Shown in pieces: positions 1 to 11,691 of a DNA stretch of 35,281 nt (position 1 is the stretch's first letter; each line of letters begins with the position of its first letter). Origin of the DNA: an uncultured Chloroflexia bacterium (GTDB taxonomy: Bacteria; Chloroflexota; UBA6077; JACCZL01). The translations under genes and the position numbers were made by a program. Below the pieces are notes generated by a model that saw nothing but the letters and a program-made list of their open reading frames with translations, searched no databases and was not told the origin of the DNA. The stretch is taken from positions 1-35,281 of the forward strand of contig CAVXYC010000005.1 of NCBI GenBank assembly GCA_963765765.1. Direction: 5' to 3'.

Positions 1-915
<915 letters not shown>

Positions 916-916
<1 letters not shown>

Positions 917-1086
917 TTGCGAAACAGACCCACATCCCGCGAGGGACACCTCCGGAGCGGGAAGACGGCGTGCGCAAGGCGTACGCCAAGGCTTCCAAAT
1001 CAGCTCAGCAGTGGGTGGAGTCAGACGAGCTGGAGAACTATGCCCGCGCCCTCGAGCTCGCCGAACGACGGCATCGCTTGAAGTGA
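916..1086 (+). CDS. Small hypothetical protein (~56 aa), apparently coupled to the helicase stop
   Basis: AKQTHIPRGTPPEREDGVRKAYAKASKSAQQWVESDELENYARALELAERRHRLK looks protein-like and helical. It fills the gap between the helicase stop and the terminator. The start would be ATT overlapping TAA. Confidence 0.5.
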
Positions 1087-1109
1087 CGTCAAACTTTCTG
1101 AGGACAAAT

Positions 1110-1139
1110 GGGGCGCCCAAACGGTCGCCCTTTTCTTTT
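1110..1139 (+). terminator. Rho-independent terminator
   Basis: GGGCGCCC-aaac-GGTCGCCC stem (one mismatch) followed by TTTTCTTTT. Confidence 0.7.
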
Positions 1140-1321
1140 GACTGCGGCGGTGTTCGCCGCTGTCAGACCCGGCTGGAAGCCGAACGCGCTCAGCACTAAA
1201 AGCAGCGAAAACGGCGGCAGTCGAAAAAACTCTGCTCTCGATACCGAACCGACTTTATAGCGCGCTTTCGGCCCACCCCGTAACATCGGACGCTGCTCGC
1301 ATTCACCAATTTGGAGGTCCA

Positions 1322-2508
1322 TTGTTGTCAGTTTCGTTGTCGCGCTACGCGCGGGGCTCACTCCCGCTCTGCTCTGCGCCGCGTTGCTCGTGACCGCCTG
1401 CTCGCCCGCCGCGCCCACCCCTACCGCGGCACAGGCAAAGACCGATTCCGCGGCCACCGCCAAACCAGCCGCTTCTTCCGCTACGGCTTCGGCGGCCGCG
1501 TCACCGGCATCATCGCCGAGCGCGGCGAGCTCTTTTGCCCCGGCGGCAAATCCAGCCGCCGACGTTGCGTCCAAGCCGCTGGCCACGCTGCCAGACTTTC
1601 CCACCAAACCCATCGATATCATCGTGCCGTACCCGCCCGGCGGTGGATTCGATGCGCTTTCGCGGCAGATTGCGAATCCGCTCCAGCGCCAGCTCGGTCA
1701 GCCCGTGGTGGTGAAGAATGTTCCCGGCGGCGGAACGCGGATTGGCGCTCGGCAGTTTCAGCAAACGCAGGCCGATGGTTACACCTTAATTTTACTCGGG
1801 GATACCAATCTCTACGCGAGCACGCTCGTAGAGCCGGCCAAGGGCTTTGACATGCAGAGCTGGGCCTGGGTGGCGGGCATCCGCCACTCTCCGGCTGTTG
1901 TCGTCCGGTAAAGACTCGCCGTTCAAAACGGCGCAGGACCTGGTAAATGCCGCGAAAGCCGGACAGCGAATAAGGCTGCCCAACAATGGCCTGGGCGGCT
2001 ATCTTGGAAGTCAAGTCCTCCTGGCCACCGCTCTGGGTGTGTCGAAAACGCGGTCCACGTGGCGGAGTTGGTGGGCCAGGCGACATGGCGCCATCGCTCA
2101 TCAGGAACGAGACAGAGATGACCTCGAACCCGGTGACGTCATGGATCGGGTTCTTCCAGACGGGCGACTTGCGACCACTCTTCGTCCCTCAGCCCGACCG
2201 TAATGCGCTGATTCCTGATGTGCCGACAGCTCTAGCTGAATCTGCCCAACGTCAATGATCTAGAGGTACTGGGCACCAGCACATATGGATTCGCTGTTGG
2301 GCCCGGCACCCCGCCGGACCGCGTGCAGCTTCTGCAGGAAGCCACCTTGCGTGCGATGCAGGACCCCGAGTTCATAGCCTGGGCGCGCGAGAGCGGCACA
2401 ACTGACGACCTCCTGCCGTTGCCGGGGACGGAGTTCAAGTCGCGCAAAGCGGCCGAGTACGGGACGTATTTCAAATATGTGGACCAGATCAAGAAGGCTG
2501 TGAGCTAA
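1322..2508 (+). CDS. Tripartite tricarboxylate transporter substrate-binding lipoprotein (TctC/Bug family), frameshifted
   Basis: RBS GGAGGT, lipobox LLVTAC, Pro/Ala linker, FPTKPIDIIVPYPPGGGFD, VVVKNVPGGG, and C-terminal GPGTPPDRV..LRAMQDPEF. Confidence 0.88.
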
Positions 2509-2568
2509 TCCATCAGTGGTGGGCCGCGTGAGCCGACGCGGCCCACCACTTGCCACAACGCCCTTGAA

Positions 2569-3663
2569 GTGTCGACTCCACATCGTCCCGACTCTCCCAA
2601 TGGCCCGCGCGGAACTGAAGTACTGACGCGTCTTGCCGCGGTCCGCGACGTGGACGGCGCCAGCTATCTCGAGACCTTCGTGGTATCAGCGGTCGCCTCG
2701 ATCCTGCTGATACGTCTCTACCTCGAGCTCATGGATTACCCGCGGATCGGCAGCGGCGGCTTGCACATTGCCCATGTGCTCTGGGGCGGCTTTCTCATGC
2801 TGCTGGCGCTGGTGCTCCTGCTCGGATTCCTGGGTAAGCACGTCAAACGCGCAGCGGCAGTGGTAGGTGGAGTTGGCTTCGGCGCATTTATCGATGAGTT
2901 AGGGAAGTTCATCACCAGCGACAACAACTACTTCTATCGTCCCACCGCCGCGCTTATCTACGTGATCTTTATTGGACTTGTCTTACTCTTTCGCTGGATC
3001 GAACAGCGCCGAGATCATTCGCGTTTAGAGCTCCTCGTGAATTCCGCCGACATGCTGAAAGAGATCATCATCGATGGCGCGCAGAGCGATGAGATCATGC
3101 GGGCGCTAGCACTTCTGGAGCAGGCTGGCGAGGATACCGAGCTAACCCGGGCGCTTCGGCAGGTGGTGCTCAAAGCTGATCGTGCCCCCGATCACCCGGC
3201 GTCAATCCCCACGCGTGCAGCACTGGGCGTGCGCACCTTGTACGAGCGGCTACTCGCACACCGCTGGTTTCAGCGAGTGCTCCTGCTTATCTTTGTCGGC
3301 AATGCCGCCATCGGCGTGATTGTGGTCGGAGTGTTTCTAGCTCAGGGTGCGGACTTGCTTTTCAGCAGCGAGGAGCGCTCATTCACGGCGATCGGACAGG
3401 CTACCAGTGCAGCGATGGTGTGGGGTCTGGCCGTCGTGGGAACCATGCGACTTCGCCGTTCCCGTCTGGCCGCCTTTCGATGGTTCAAGCGCTCGGTGCT
3501 CGCCACCATCTTCTTCGTCCAGGTCTTCCTATTTATGCAAAGCCAGCTAATCGCTCTTGTCGGTCTCCTTGCAAATCTGGTGCTTCTGGGTGGAGTCAAT
3601 GCACTTATTCGAGCCGAGCGAATCCGACGCGCGGAACACGGCGAGCTTCCGATAGCGCGATAG
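2569..3663 (+). CDS. Multi-pass membrane protein of unknown function
   Basis: Intact 364-aa ORF with ~8 hydrophobic segments in two blocks separated by a soluble linker. Motifs LHIAHVLWGG and GFGAFIDELGKFITSDNNYFYRP. Confidence 0.8.
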   Translation: MSTPHRPDSPNGPRGTEVLTRLAAVRDVDGASYLETFVVSAVASILLIRLYLELMDYPRIGSGGLHIAHVLWGGFLMLLALVLLLGFLGKHVKRAAAVVGGVGFGAFIDELGKFITSDNNYFYRPTAALIYVIFIGLVLLFRWIEQRRDHSRLELLVNSADMLKEIIIDGAQSDEIMRALALLEQAGEDTELTRALRQVVLKADRAPDHPASIPTRAALGVRTLYERLLAHRWFQRVLLLIFVGNAAIGVIVVGVFLAQGADLLFSSEERSFTAIGQATSAAMVWGLAVVGTMRLRRSRLAAFRWFKRSVLATIFFVQVFLFMQSQLIALVGLLANLVLLGGVNALIRAERIRRAEHGELPIAR

Positions 3664-3741
3664 CATGCTGAACGGCCGCACGCCGATATGCAACTCCCAA
3701 CGCTCCAGCGCCGTCATACGAATACGAGGAGGACTCGTCTG

Positions 3742-4987
3742 ATGACTACACCCGTGCAAGGAGCGGATTCAACCAGCGATGATCGGTGCTGAATCCACCC
3801 TCGCCAGTCGCCCCCGTAAGGCCCGAGCAAGTCGCCGCGGTCCGAGTTGATGACGCTACCGCTGAACAGATTTCCACCGCGGTGCGAACCTACGTGGAGT
3901 CGCTCACCTCACTCGAGGCGCAATCACCCGAGTTCGAGCACAAAGTCACAGCGATCAGTCGTATGGGCAATGATGAGATTCGACGCTCGGCCGAGGCATC
4001 AAACCGATTTCTGGATCGACCCACGATCGCGCTCAAGGACGGACCGCTCTCACAGGGCTCTGACGTCTCCACGGCGCTCCTTTCACTCCGTCAGCAAATA
4101 GATAGCCTGGACCCTTCACGTCACCTGGGCAATCGTCGAGGCATCTTCAGTCGCCTGACCATGCGCGACGAAGTGGGCACGTATTTCCGCAAGTACCAGT
4201 CAGCGCAATCGCAGATTGAGGCCATTGTCAATAGCCTGTACCGAGGTCAAGACGAGCTGCTACGCGATAACGCCGCGCTGGAGCAGGAGAAAGCGCATCT
4301 CTGGGAGATGAAGCGCCGCCTGGAACAGTATTCATACATGGCCGGCAAGCTTGACGAGGCGTTAGAGACTGAGGTCCAGCAGATCTCGATCGAAGACCCT
4401 CAGAAAGCACGCGCACTGAAAGAGGATGCCCTCTTCTACGTGCGTCAGAAACGTCAAGACTTACTCACACAGCTCTCGGTCACAGTGCAGGGTTACCTGG
4501 CACTGGACCTCATCCGAAGGAATAACCTGGAGCTGTCAAGGGAGTAGAGCGGGCAACGACAACCACGGTCTCGGCCCTCCGCACAGCGGTCATCGCTGCG
4601 CTCGCCCTGGGAAACCAGCGCCTGGTGCTTGATCAGATCACCGCGCTCAACAGCACGACAGGCAACATCATTCAGTCCACCTCGGAGATGTTGCGACAAC
4701 AATCGGCCGAGATTCAGAATCAGGCCGCCAGCTCTACAGTGGACGTCAAACAGCTGCAGTCAGCCTTCGACAACATCTATGCGACAATTGATGCAATCGA
4801 CACCTTCAAGCTGTCGGCGCTGGACTCAATGAAGACGACGATTGACGCGCTCACCAAGGAGGTGGCGCGTGCCCAGACCCACGTGGAGCGAGCACGAGCA
4901 TCCGAGCTGGCCAGCTCCGGGCCGAAACGATGCAGCAGGAGCTTGTGTTGCCAGCTGAGAAGGGTGCCGCGTGACGGACTACGATAA
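3742..4987 (+). CDS. telA: Toxic anion resistance protein (TelA/KlaA/YaaN family), frameshifted; 3' end approximate
   Basis: RBS GAGGAGG before ATG 3742. Coiled-coil with YFRKYQSAQSQIEAIVNSL..GQDELLRDNAALEQEK, QKRQDLLTQLSV..QGYLALDLIRRNNLEL and LQSAFDNIYATIDAIDTFK. Confidence 0.88.
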
Positions 4988-5108
4988 CAGTGCCCCATCC
5001 CGTGAGGGGGCGGCTTTCCCGGGAGCCCAACAGACCCTCCGACCGGGATATCTACGAAGAACCGCACCCTCGAGGGACGCGGCTCTGTTAGCGAGAGGTC
5101 ATTAGACC

Positions 5109-5790
5109 ATGTGGTTACTACTATTCCCACTCCTGCTCGTGACCATTGTGCTCTCGATGATCCTGGGCACAGCGGCAATATTCGTGACCGTAGCCAGGGA
5201 TATGCCCGTCCTCCTGATCGCGCTAGGCGCCTGGATCGTATGGCGGGCGAATCGCCCAAGCTCACATCGCCGCGCGTATCGTTACGGGCATCGCCAATGG
5301 CGATACGAGGCCGATCAACGGCGACCCGAGGCTGGTCGCATCATCGAGCATGACACCGTAAAACCGCCCGCGGTCGGACCCGCCGCAGCGACCCCGATTC
5401 AGAGGCCGAGCGGGAGCTGCCCATCGATGTGCAAGTGATGGTGGAGCAGATCACGCGCAAGGCGGATGTCCTACAGGGCTATGCAGATCGCTTTCCTCCC
5501 ATGTCACAGGACTTGCACATCGTTCGGCAGACGGCGGCTGACTATCTCCCCAGAACGGTTAACGCATACCTGGCGTTACCGAGCGATGACGATCCGTTCG
5601 ACATCACCACCAATGAGGGGCGCTGCAGGAACTTCGCAACCAGCGACGGTTGCTGGACGTGAAACTTGACGAGATCGCGCAGGATCTTCAGCGTCAGGAC
5701 ATGGATCGTCTTCTTGCGAACCGACGGTTCCTCGAAGAACGATTCCGTCCACGCGAATTAGAAGAGCCAGCAGGAAGCGGCAAAAGCTAG
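5109..5790 (+). CDS. Membrane-anchored TelA partner (XpaC-like), frameshifted
   Basis: Two N-terminal TM helices, then a helical domain with HIVRQTAADYLPRTVNAYLALP ... LLANRRFLEERF. Adjacent to telA. Confidence 0.7.
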
Positions 5791-5808
5791 TCAGAACTCC
5801 TGTGCTCT

Positions 5809-5910
5809 GCCCTGGCCTTTGGCCTTTGGGAGAGGGTTGGGTCGAGACGAGGGGATCTCCAGCGCCTCTCATCCTCGCTCCAGCCCTCTCCCAAAGGCCA
5901 AAGGCAGGGC
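5809..5910. repeat. REP-like inverted repeat (~31-bp arms) between convergent genes
   Basis: GCCCTGGCCTTTGGCCTTTGGGAGAGGGTTGG (5809-5840) versus CCAGCCCTCTCCCAAAGGCCAAAGGCAGGGC (5880-5910). Confidence 0.85.
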
Positions 5911-6461
5911 TTAGCGCCGACCTAGCAGCGCTAGCAGCTTCGCCTGAGGGCTCGCATCGCGCCCACGTCCAGGTTTTCCCCGAAGATACCCGCGCTACGC
6001 CATTGCTCGCTGATTAGCTCGGCGATCGGCAAGAGGCCTGAACCAGATCCGCGTCAAGCGTTGCATCTTGCCCGCTGCCGACAGCAATGTCCCAGCCGTG
6101 AACAAGCGTATCCAGGAAGAGCTGCAACGCGTACTCCGACCGAAAATCACCGAACGAAAGATGGCAAACGGCATCCATTGCTCCAGATGCCTCGGCCGCG
6201 GCGGCGGCCAGTGGAACCGAGCGCGCGTACGCAATACAGGTCATTTCCGACGATGTCGCCGTCCAGCCTGTCTCCAACGTCCGCCATCGTCTTACCCTGA
6301 AAATCTCCGCCGCCCAAAGATTCCACCCACGATGTGATTTACTACATCGCGAACATTCCACTCCGTGCAGGGTGTAGCGGAATCCACTGATCAGGACGCA
6401 CGTTTGCAATGATTTGCTCGGTCCTGCGCATGGCCTGCGCATAAAGCTGCCCGGTCGTGAT
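5911..6461 (-). CDS. TIGR03086-like metal-binding protein (DinB / maleylpyruvate isomerase superfamily), frameshifted
   Basis: Stitched: TPCTEWNVRDVVNHIVGG NLWAAEIF, HLSFG, DTLVHGWDIAVGSGQD, ending KLLALLGRR*. RBS AGGAGG upstream; the apparent start codon reads ATC. Confidence 0.82.
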
Positions 6462-6536
6462 GCCGCCTCCTACTGCATCAGCCATAGAGTCCGCCTTTTC
6501 TAAGCTGCGCTCACCGCGACTCCATTGTAGTGCGCT

Positions 6537-6575
6537 CCATCAGCTCCCTCGCCCTTTGGGTGAGGGAGCTGATGG
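6537..6575. repeat. 18-bp hairpin (REP-like) in a divergent intergenic region
   Basis: CCATCAGCTCCCTCGCCC-ttt-GGGTGAGGGAGCTGATGG. Shares a CCCTC.CCC / GGG.GAGGG core with the 5809-5910 element. Confidence 0.7.
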
Positions 6576-6663
6576 AATGTTTCTCGGCAGGATCGGGAGC
6601 CGGTTGCGTCGCCCAGGGCCTAGCGGATCGTTATGCTCATGCAGGACCACGAAGGACAATCAT

Positions 6664-8782
6664 TTGGACTTACCCGTAATCCTCATCGTTGGCCATGACG
6701 CGTTGGTGCGGCGCGCCATGCAGCGAGATCTCGAACGGCAGTTTGCTAGCGACTATCAGGTGCGCTCAGTTGATTCCGGTCGGCCTGGTCTCGACGTCAT
6801 CCGCGAATGCGCCTTGCACGGGCAACCGGTGGCCATGCTGCTTGCCGACCAGCCTATGCCAAGATGAGGGCATCTCGTTTCTGGCCGAGTCGGCTTGATC
6901 ACTCCGAGAGCCAAACGAGTGTTGCTGGCTGCCTATGACGATACTCAGGCCGCGATCAGCGCGATGAACCAAGTGGGTCTGGACTACTATCTCCCGCGAC
7001 CAACGGGCTCTCCCGACCAGAGCCATTACACCGCCATCAGGGACCTCCTGGATGACTGGCACACAACCGCGCCAAGGCTCGGCTCCGGAATTCGTGTCGT
7101 CGGTCATCGCTGGTCCGCCGTTCCCATGAGATCAAAGATTTCTAGCGCGGACCTCGTTCCTTATGAATGGATGGACGTTGAGGCACAGGGGGACGCGCAG
7201 CATCTCCTGGGCGCTTCCGGCACCAATCCGGCCCAGCTTCCACTGGTGCTCTTTCCCGATGGGCGACACTGGTCCAGCCTGACGTTTCCAAACTCGCGCA
7301 ACGCCTGGGCCTTCCACCACGCCCAACGTCGTTTCCTACGATCTCGTCATCGTCGGTGGCGGACCCGCCGGATTGGCCGCGGCAGTCTACGGTGCCTCGG
7401 AAGGGCTCCACACGCTACTGATTGAGCGCGAGGCTCCTGGCAGTCAGGCAGGAATGAGCGCACGCATCGAGAACTACCTCGGGTTCCCTTCAGGTCTGAG
7501 CGGTGGCGAGCTACCCGACGCGCTGTTGTTCAAGCCAGTCGCTTCGGGGCCGAGATCCTGACTCCATGCGAGGTGGTTAGCGTCGAGCTGCACGGCGACT
7601 ATCGGGTGATCCGTTGTCCTCGGGCGAAGAGATCAACTGTCAGGCGCTACTCATGCCACAGGCATCTCCTATCGAAAGCTGGATGTACCGGGCGCCGATC
7701 CATTGTCCGGCGCGGGCGTGTATTACGGAACGGCCGTACCAGAGGCGCTGGAATCGCAGGGGCGGGACGTCTTCATCGTTGGCGGCGGCAACTGGCCGGC
7801 CAGGCGGCTATGTATCTCTCCCAATATGCCCGCTCGGTGACGGTGCTCGTGCGCGGCGAGTCACTGGCTAGCAGCATGTCGCAGTATCTCATTGCCCAGA
7901 TTGAGTCCACGGACCGCGTCACTGTGCGTGCGCGAACGAGCGTCATCGAGGTGCTGGGCAAGCCACATTGAGTCGCTACTCTCCGATGCTCCGATCCCGC
8001 CATGGAGGAGACCATCCCAGGGGACGCACTCTTCATCTTTACAGGTGCTACGCCTCGAACCGATTGGGTGGCGGGGACGATCGAACGCGATGAGGATGGC
8101 TTCATTCTTTCCGGAGCGGACGTGATGCGCGACGGCAACCCACCACTCGGCTGGCCGCTGGAGCGCGATCCCTATTGGCTCGAGAGCAAGTGTCACCGGG
8201 TCTCGTCGCCGGTGATGTGCGTCATGGATCGGTCAAGCGGACGCCTCAGCCACCGGCGAAGGCGCCATGGCCGTACAGCTCATTCACGGCCACCTGGCCG
8301 TTCCATCGCCGCGGCGAGTGGGGTGGGCTGCTGCTCCTGAGGAGCACATCGCTCTCCTGCGCTCGTCGTCCATCTTCGCGAACCTGGCCGATCGCGATCT
8401 CAGCTTCTGGCAGAGCTAGCGAATCCCGTGGACGTACCGTGTGATCAGCTCAATTGAAGAAGGTCGGGAAGGCGACACGCTTTACCTGGTGTTGGATGGG
8501 CAGCTCGAAGTCTTCACTAATCGCGACGGTCGTGATGTGCGGCTAGCGCTCCTCACCCGCGGACAAATCGTTGGCGAAATGGCAGTGCTGCAACAATCGC
8601 CGCGCATAGCATCTGTCCGAGCCCTCCGGGACGCTCGCCTGCTGGTGATCAGCCAGGCCGCGTTTCTACGAATGCTGATGAAGAATGCGAACGCATTGCG
8701 TGAAGTCTTGCGCACCGTCACGTCTCGCGTACGCGAGACGGAGAACACGTTAACTCAGCAAGCACCATTCCCTCGTGGATAA
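6664..8782 (+). CDS. Receiver-domain / thioredoxin-reductase-like FAD oxidoreductase, apparently fused to a C-terminal cyclic-nucleotide-binding domain; frameshifted
   Basis: REC-like N-terminus (LLADQPMP). FAD motif [23 protein letters not shown], then [26 protein letters not shown] motif IVGGGN..GQAA and C-terminal [11 protein letters not shown]. The frame continues without a stop into [11 protein letters not shown] and a cNMP domain ([37 protein letters not shown]). Confidence 0.85.
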
Positions 8783-8906
8783 GCTCCAAAGTACTGCCCC
8801 TGAGAGGTCTGCATCACGGCTAATCCACTGAGAGAGGGCGTGCCCGGTAGCCAAGGTGCCCCGGTGAATGCACGCCGCCCGAACCCCGGCCGCCTTGGCC
8901 AAAGCA
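8772..8906 (-). ncRNA. Putative structured RNA or orphan 5' leader, family unassigned
   Basis: Lies just downstream of a sigma70-like promoter. Has two interleaved 7-8 bp helices and a longer imperfect hairpin. No long ORF follows. Confidence 0.4.
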
Positions 8907-8912
8907 CAGCGC

Positions 8913-8942
8913 ATGATACGAACGGCCCGAAAAGGCTGTCAA
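8913..8942 (-). promoter_or_regulatory. Sigma70-type promoter
   Basis: Minus strand TTGACA-N18-TATCAT. Confidence 0.6.
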
Positions 8943-8952
8943 GACTAGCGAA

Positions 8953-9027
8953 ATGAAGAATGCGGAGTGAAGAATTAGGTCAGTAATTCCCTTGACCATT
9001 CTTCATTTTTAATTCTACATTCTTCAT
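8953..9027. repeat. AT-rich heptamer-based inverted repeat
   Basis: ATGAAGAATGCGGAGTGAAGAATTAGGTCA versus TGACCATTCTTCATTTTTAATTCTACATTCTTCAT. Both arms are built from degenerate TGAAGAA/TTCTTCA 7-mers. Confidence 0.7.
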
Positions 9028-9031
9028 ACGT

Positions 9032-9552
9032 TCAATAGCGCTCCCAATGTGCGACTCAGTGATCGGTTTGCGCGCTCCGCCATCTGGCCGTGGGGGTCGT
9101 GCGCGACGAGCTTCCACGTCCGTGTGTCCGACGGCCACGACAGTTTTGGCACGCTCGTCTGAGGGGATCCCGAGCAGCGATTTGGCATTGTCAGGGCCGT
9201 CGTTTTTCAGCGTGGCTACGGTCGAGCCGAGACCATGCGCTGCCGGGCCAGACACAGCCGCTCCGCGAGCCGTCCTTCGTCAAATGCAACGTCATCGCTC
9301 GTGCTAACTATCAGGAACACCACGCCAGCAGTTGCCGCGGGTTTGGCGCCCACTTCACCAATCTTCTCTTCTGACCGAGGCATCCTCCACCACGACCACT
9401 TCCCAGGGCTGCCGATTCACTCCGCTCCCCGTCCAGCGACCAACCTCGAGAATGTCCTCGATGACCGGCCGATCAATCTCCTCGGGCGTGTACTCCTTGA
9501 TCGCCCGAAGCTTCGCAAGAAAGGTCGACTTCTCATTATTAGATAGCGCCAT
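9032..9552 (-). CDS. Nitroreductase family protein, frameshifted
   Basis: LRAIKEYTPEEI..IEDILEVGRWTGSGVNRQPWEVVVV, AAHGLGS, LLGIPSDE..VVAVGH, RKP, ending AHWERY*. Confidence 0.88.
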
Positions 9553-9725
9553 TGCTCCGCCCCCCACACTTCACTGAGCGCGCTCACGGCACGCTTGTAA
9601 TCATTATGTCCCACGGTCCTTGCGGTGGCGACCGATCTGCGTCTGAAGATCTCCATAGACCTCGTTGACAGTCCAGTGCTAGGCTGACGCATATCTCGAC
9701 GTTCATGATTCAAAGGGTGGTAACC

Positions 9726-10773
9726 ATGGCTGCACGGCACCCACGCTCACATCGTTGATCTCCGCGGACTCGCATGTGATGGAGCCGCACGACTCCGGGA
9801 GACGCGATTGCCCGCCGCGCTACGAGACTCCGCACCACGCTTTCCCGCGCCAAAGGTTGGCGAAGGATTCCAGGGGCAGCCCGGTGGGCATGACCCTCAC
9901 GCCCGACTGGATGAGATGAGTGCGGATAACGTGAGCGTTGAGGTGCTCTACCCCACGCTCACGCTATCGCTGTTCGATCTCGACGATGCCAGCCTCCAAG
10001 AGGCCCGTTTCCGCGTATCAACGACTGGCTGATCGACCATGGCGGGTTTCGCCTGAGCGACTCGTCGGTCTAGCGGCCATGTCTGCCTACAACATTGAGC
10101 ATGCCGTGGCGGAGCTCACGCGTTGCGCCCAGGTAGGCCTTAGGGTGCGCTCGTCTGGCAAGCGCCGCATCCGGATTTGCCGTTCTCCGGTCAGCATTAC
10201 GAGCGGCTCTGGCCTGCAGCACAGGACTTGAGCATGCCGATCAGCATGCACATTCTCACGGGACACAGCTACCACAAAGGCGGTCTGATCGCGGCGCAAG
10301 TCAGGTCAAGCGCGGGGGTCTAGCACCATTCCGTGGCGCGGTGAATCTGAAGATCGCGGACACGGCCGGAGCCATCTTTGACCTGGTCTATAGCGGCGCT
10401 CTGGAGCGCTTTCCCGAGCTGAAGATCGTCAGCGTTGAGACGGAGATGGGCTGGTTGCCGTTCTACGAGCAGCAATGGGACTATTACTTCCACCGCTACG
10501 CCGCGGCTAACCCGCCCATCCACCAGCCGCCCAGCACCTATCTACGCCATCAGGTCTACGCAACCTTCTTCAACGACCCTATGGGCGCTCGCCAGCTCAC
10601 CTGGTGGGGTCAGGACACCAGCATGTGGTCCAACGACTTCCCCCACCCCAACACCACCTGGCCCAACTCCCAGGCCGTCATCGCCGGACCTCGGCCACCT
10701 GCCCGCCCATGTGCAGCGCAAAATCCTGTGGGAGAATGCCGCGCGGTTATATGGCTTAAGTCTTAATGATTAG
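9726..10773 (+). CDS. Amidohydrolase_2 family metalloenzyme (decarboxylase/hydratase-like), frameshifted
   Basis: ISADSHVMEP, EVLYPT, PISMHILTG, GALERFPELKIVSVETEMGW, WSNDFPHP, KILWENAARLYGL. Confidence 0.88.
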
Positions 10774-10915
10774 CGAAGGCGCAGAGGGACTAATGGGACA
10801 GCTGATGTGAACACATGACGACGGCCCGTATAGCCGCGCATGAACGTAATGGCTAGATCCGTTTGTCGCCTCCGTCCAATAAGTCACAGTCCGTTCAACT
10901 GTAGAATGAATTCTA

Positions 10916-11672
10916 ATGATCCCCCTCCTCATAGATTCCCGTTCCCTCCGCGTTCTTGCCACCGAGGCGACCCCGTGACCTGATCTCCAGCCGCTCGCTG
11001 GCAACCGGCGACCGCATCCCCGGTGAAGCAAGAGCTAGTAACACTCCTTGGAACGTCTCGCTCCACGGTGCGCGAAGCGCTCAAGTCGCTCGAGCATGAG
11101 GGCCTGCTTGTCAGTCGTCAGAGGGCTGGGACGTTTTGTCGCGGAACCGGCACCCGTGACCTTCGATCTGACCGACCTGGATTTTCTCCGCCATACCAAT
11201 CAGCTCCTCGGCAGGTCGAGGACTGCGCGAAGAGTTTCCGTACGTCGACATCGGCGAGGGGGTCGCCGATGCGACGACGGCAAAACATCTGGGAGTACAG
11301 ATTCGGTCTCCACCATCGTCCTAGCGAATCCAGTGCGCAAGGTCAATGGCGAGCCTATTGGTCTCTTCAGGTCGGAGATTGCGAATTGTCCGTGGCTCCT
11401 CGAAGAAGCTGCAGGAAGCACAGCCCGCATCGATTTGTGACTTCATCTCGAAAGGTGGGCGGACGCGCAAATTGATCACGCAGTGACAAAAATTCAAGCA
11501 GTGTCCGCCTCGTCCGAGCTCGCGCCCATTATTGGTGCACCCGCACGGTCACCCGGTACTCGAAGTGCAGCAGATTCGACAGGACGGTTCCAACGTACCC
11601 ATCTACCTCACGCGAAGCCATTGGCGGACGGACCTTATTACTTTCCGTCTCACGCGTCAGTTTCAGGCCTAA
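10916..11672 (+). CDS. GntR family regulator (HutC-type, UTRA effector domain), frameshifted
   Basis: GDRIPGE..ELVTLLGTSRSTVREALKSLEHEGLLVSRQ.AGTF(V). UTRA-like RKVNGEPI, IQAVSASSELAPIIG and YLTRSHWRTDLITF. Confidence 0.82.
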
Positions 11673-11691
11673 ATTTAATAATTTACACCTG

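Noticed and set aside
8790-8900. Glycine, c-di-AMP, ZTP or T-box riboswitch
   Set aside because: Only isolated short words match (CUCUCAGG, GGUGAAU, CCCGAACCC); the other conserved elements and their order are missing.
8953-9027. CRISPR array or leader
   Set aside because: Only degenerate 7-mers in inverted arrangement; no repeat-spacer periodicity and no cas genes.
9665-9700. Sigma70 promoter from TTGACA upstream of the amidohydrolase
   Set aside because: No convincing -10 hexamer at 16-18 bp spacing.
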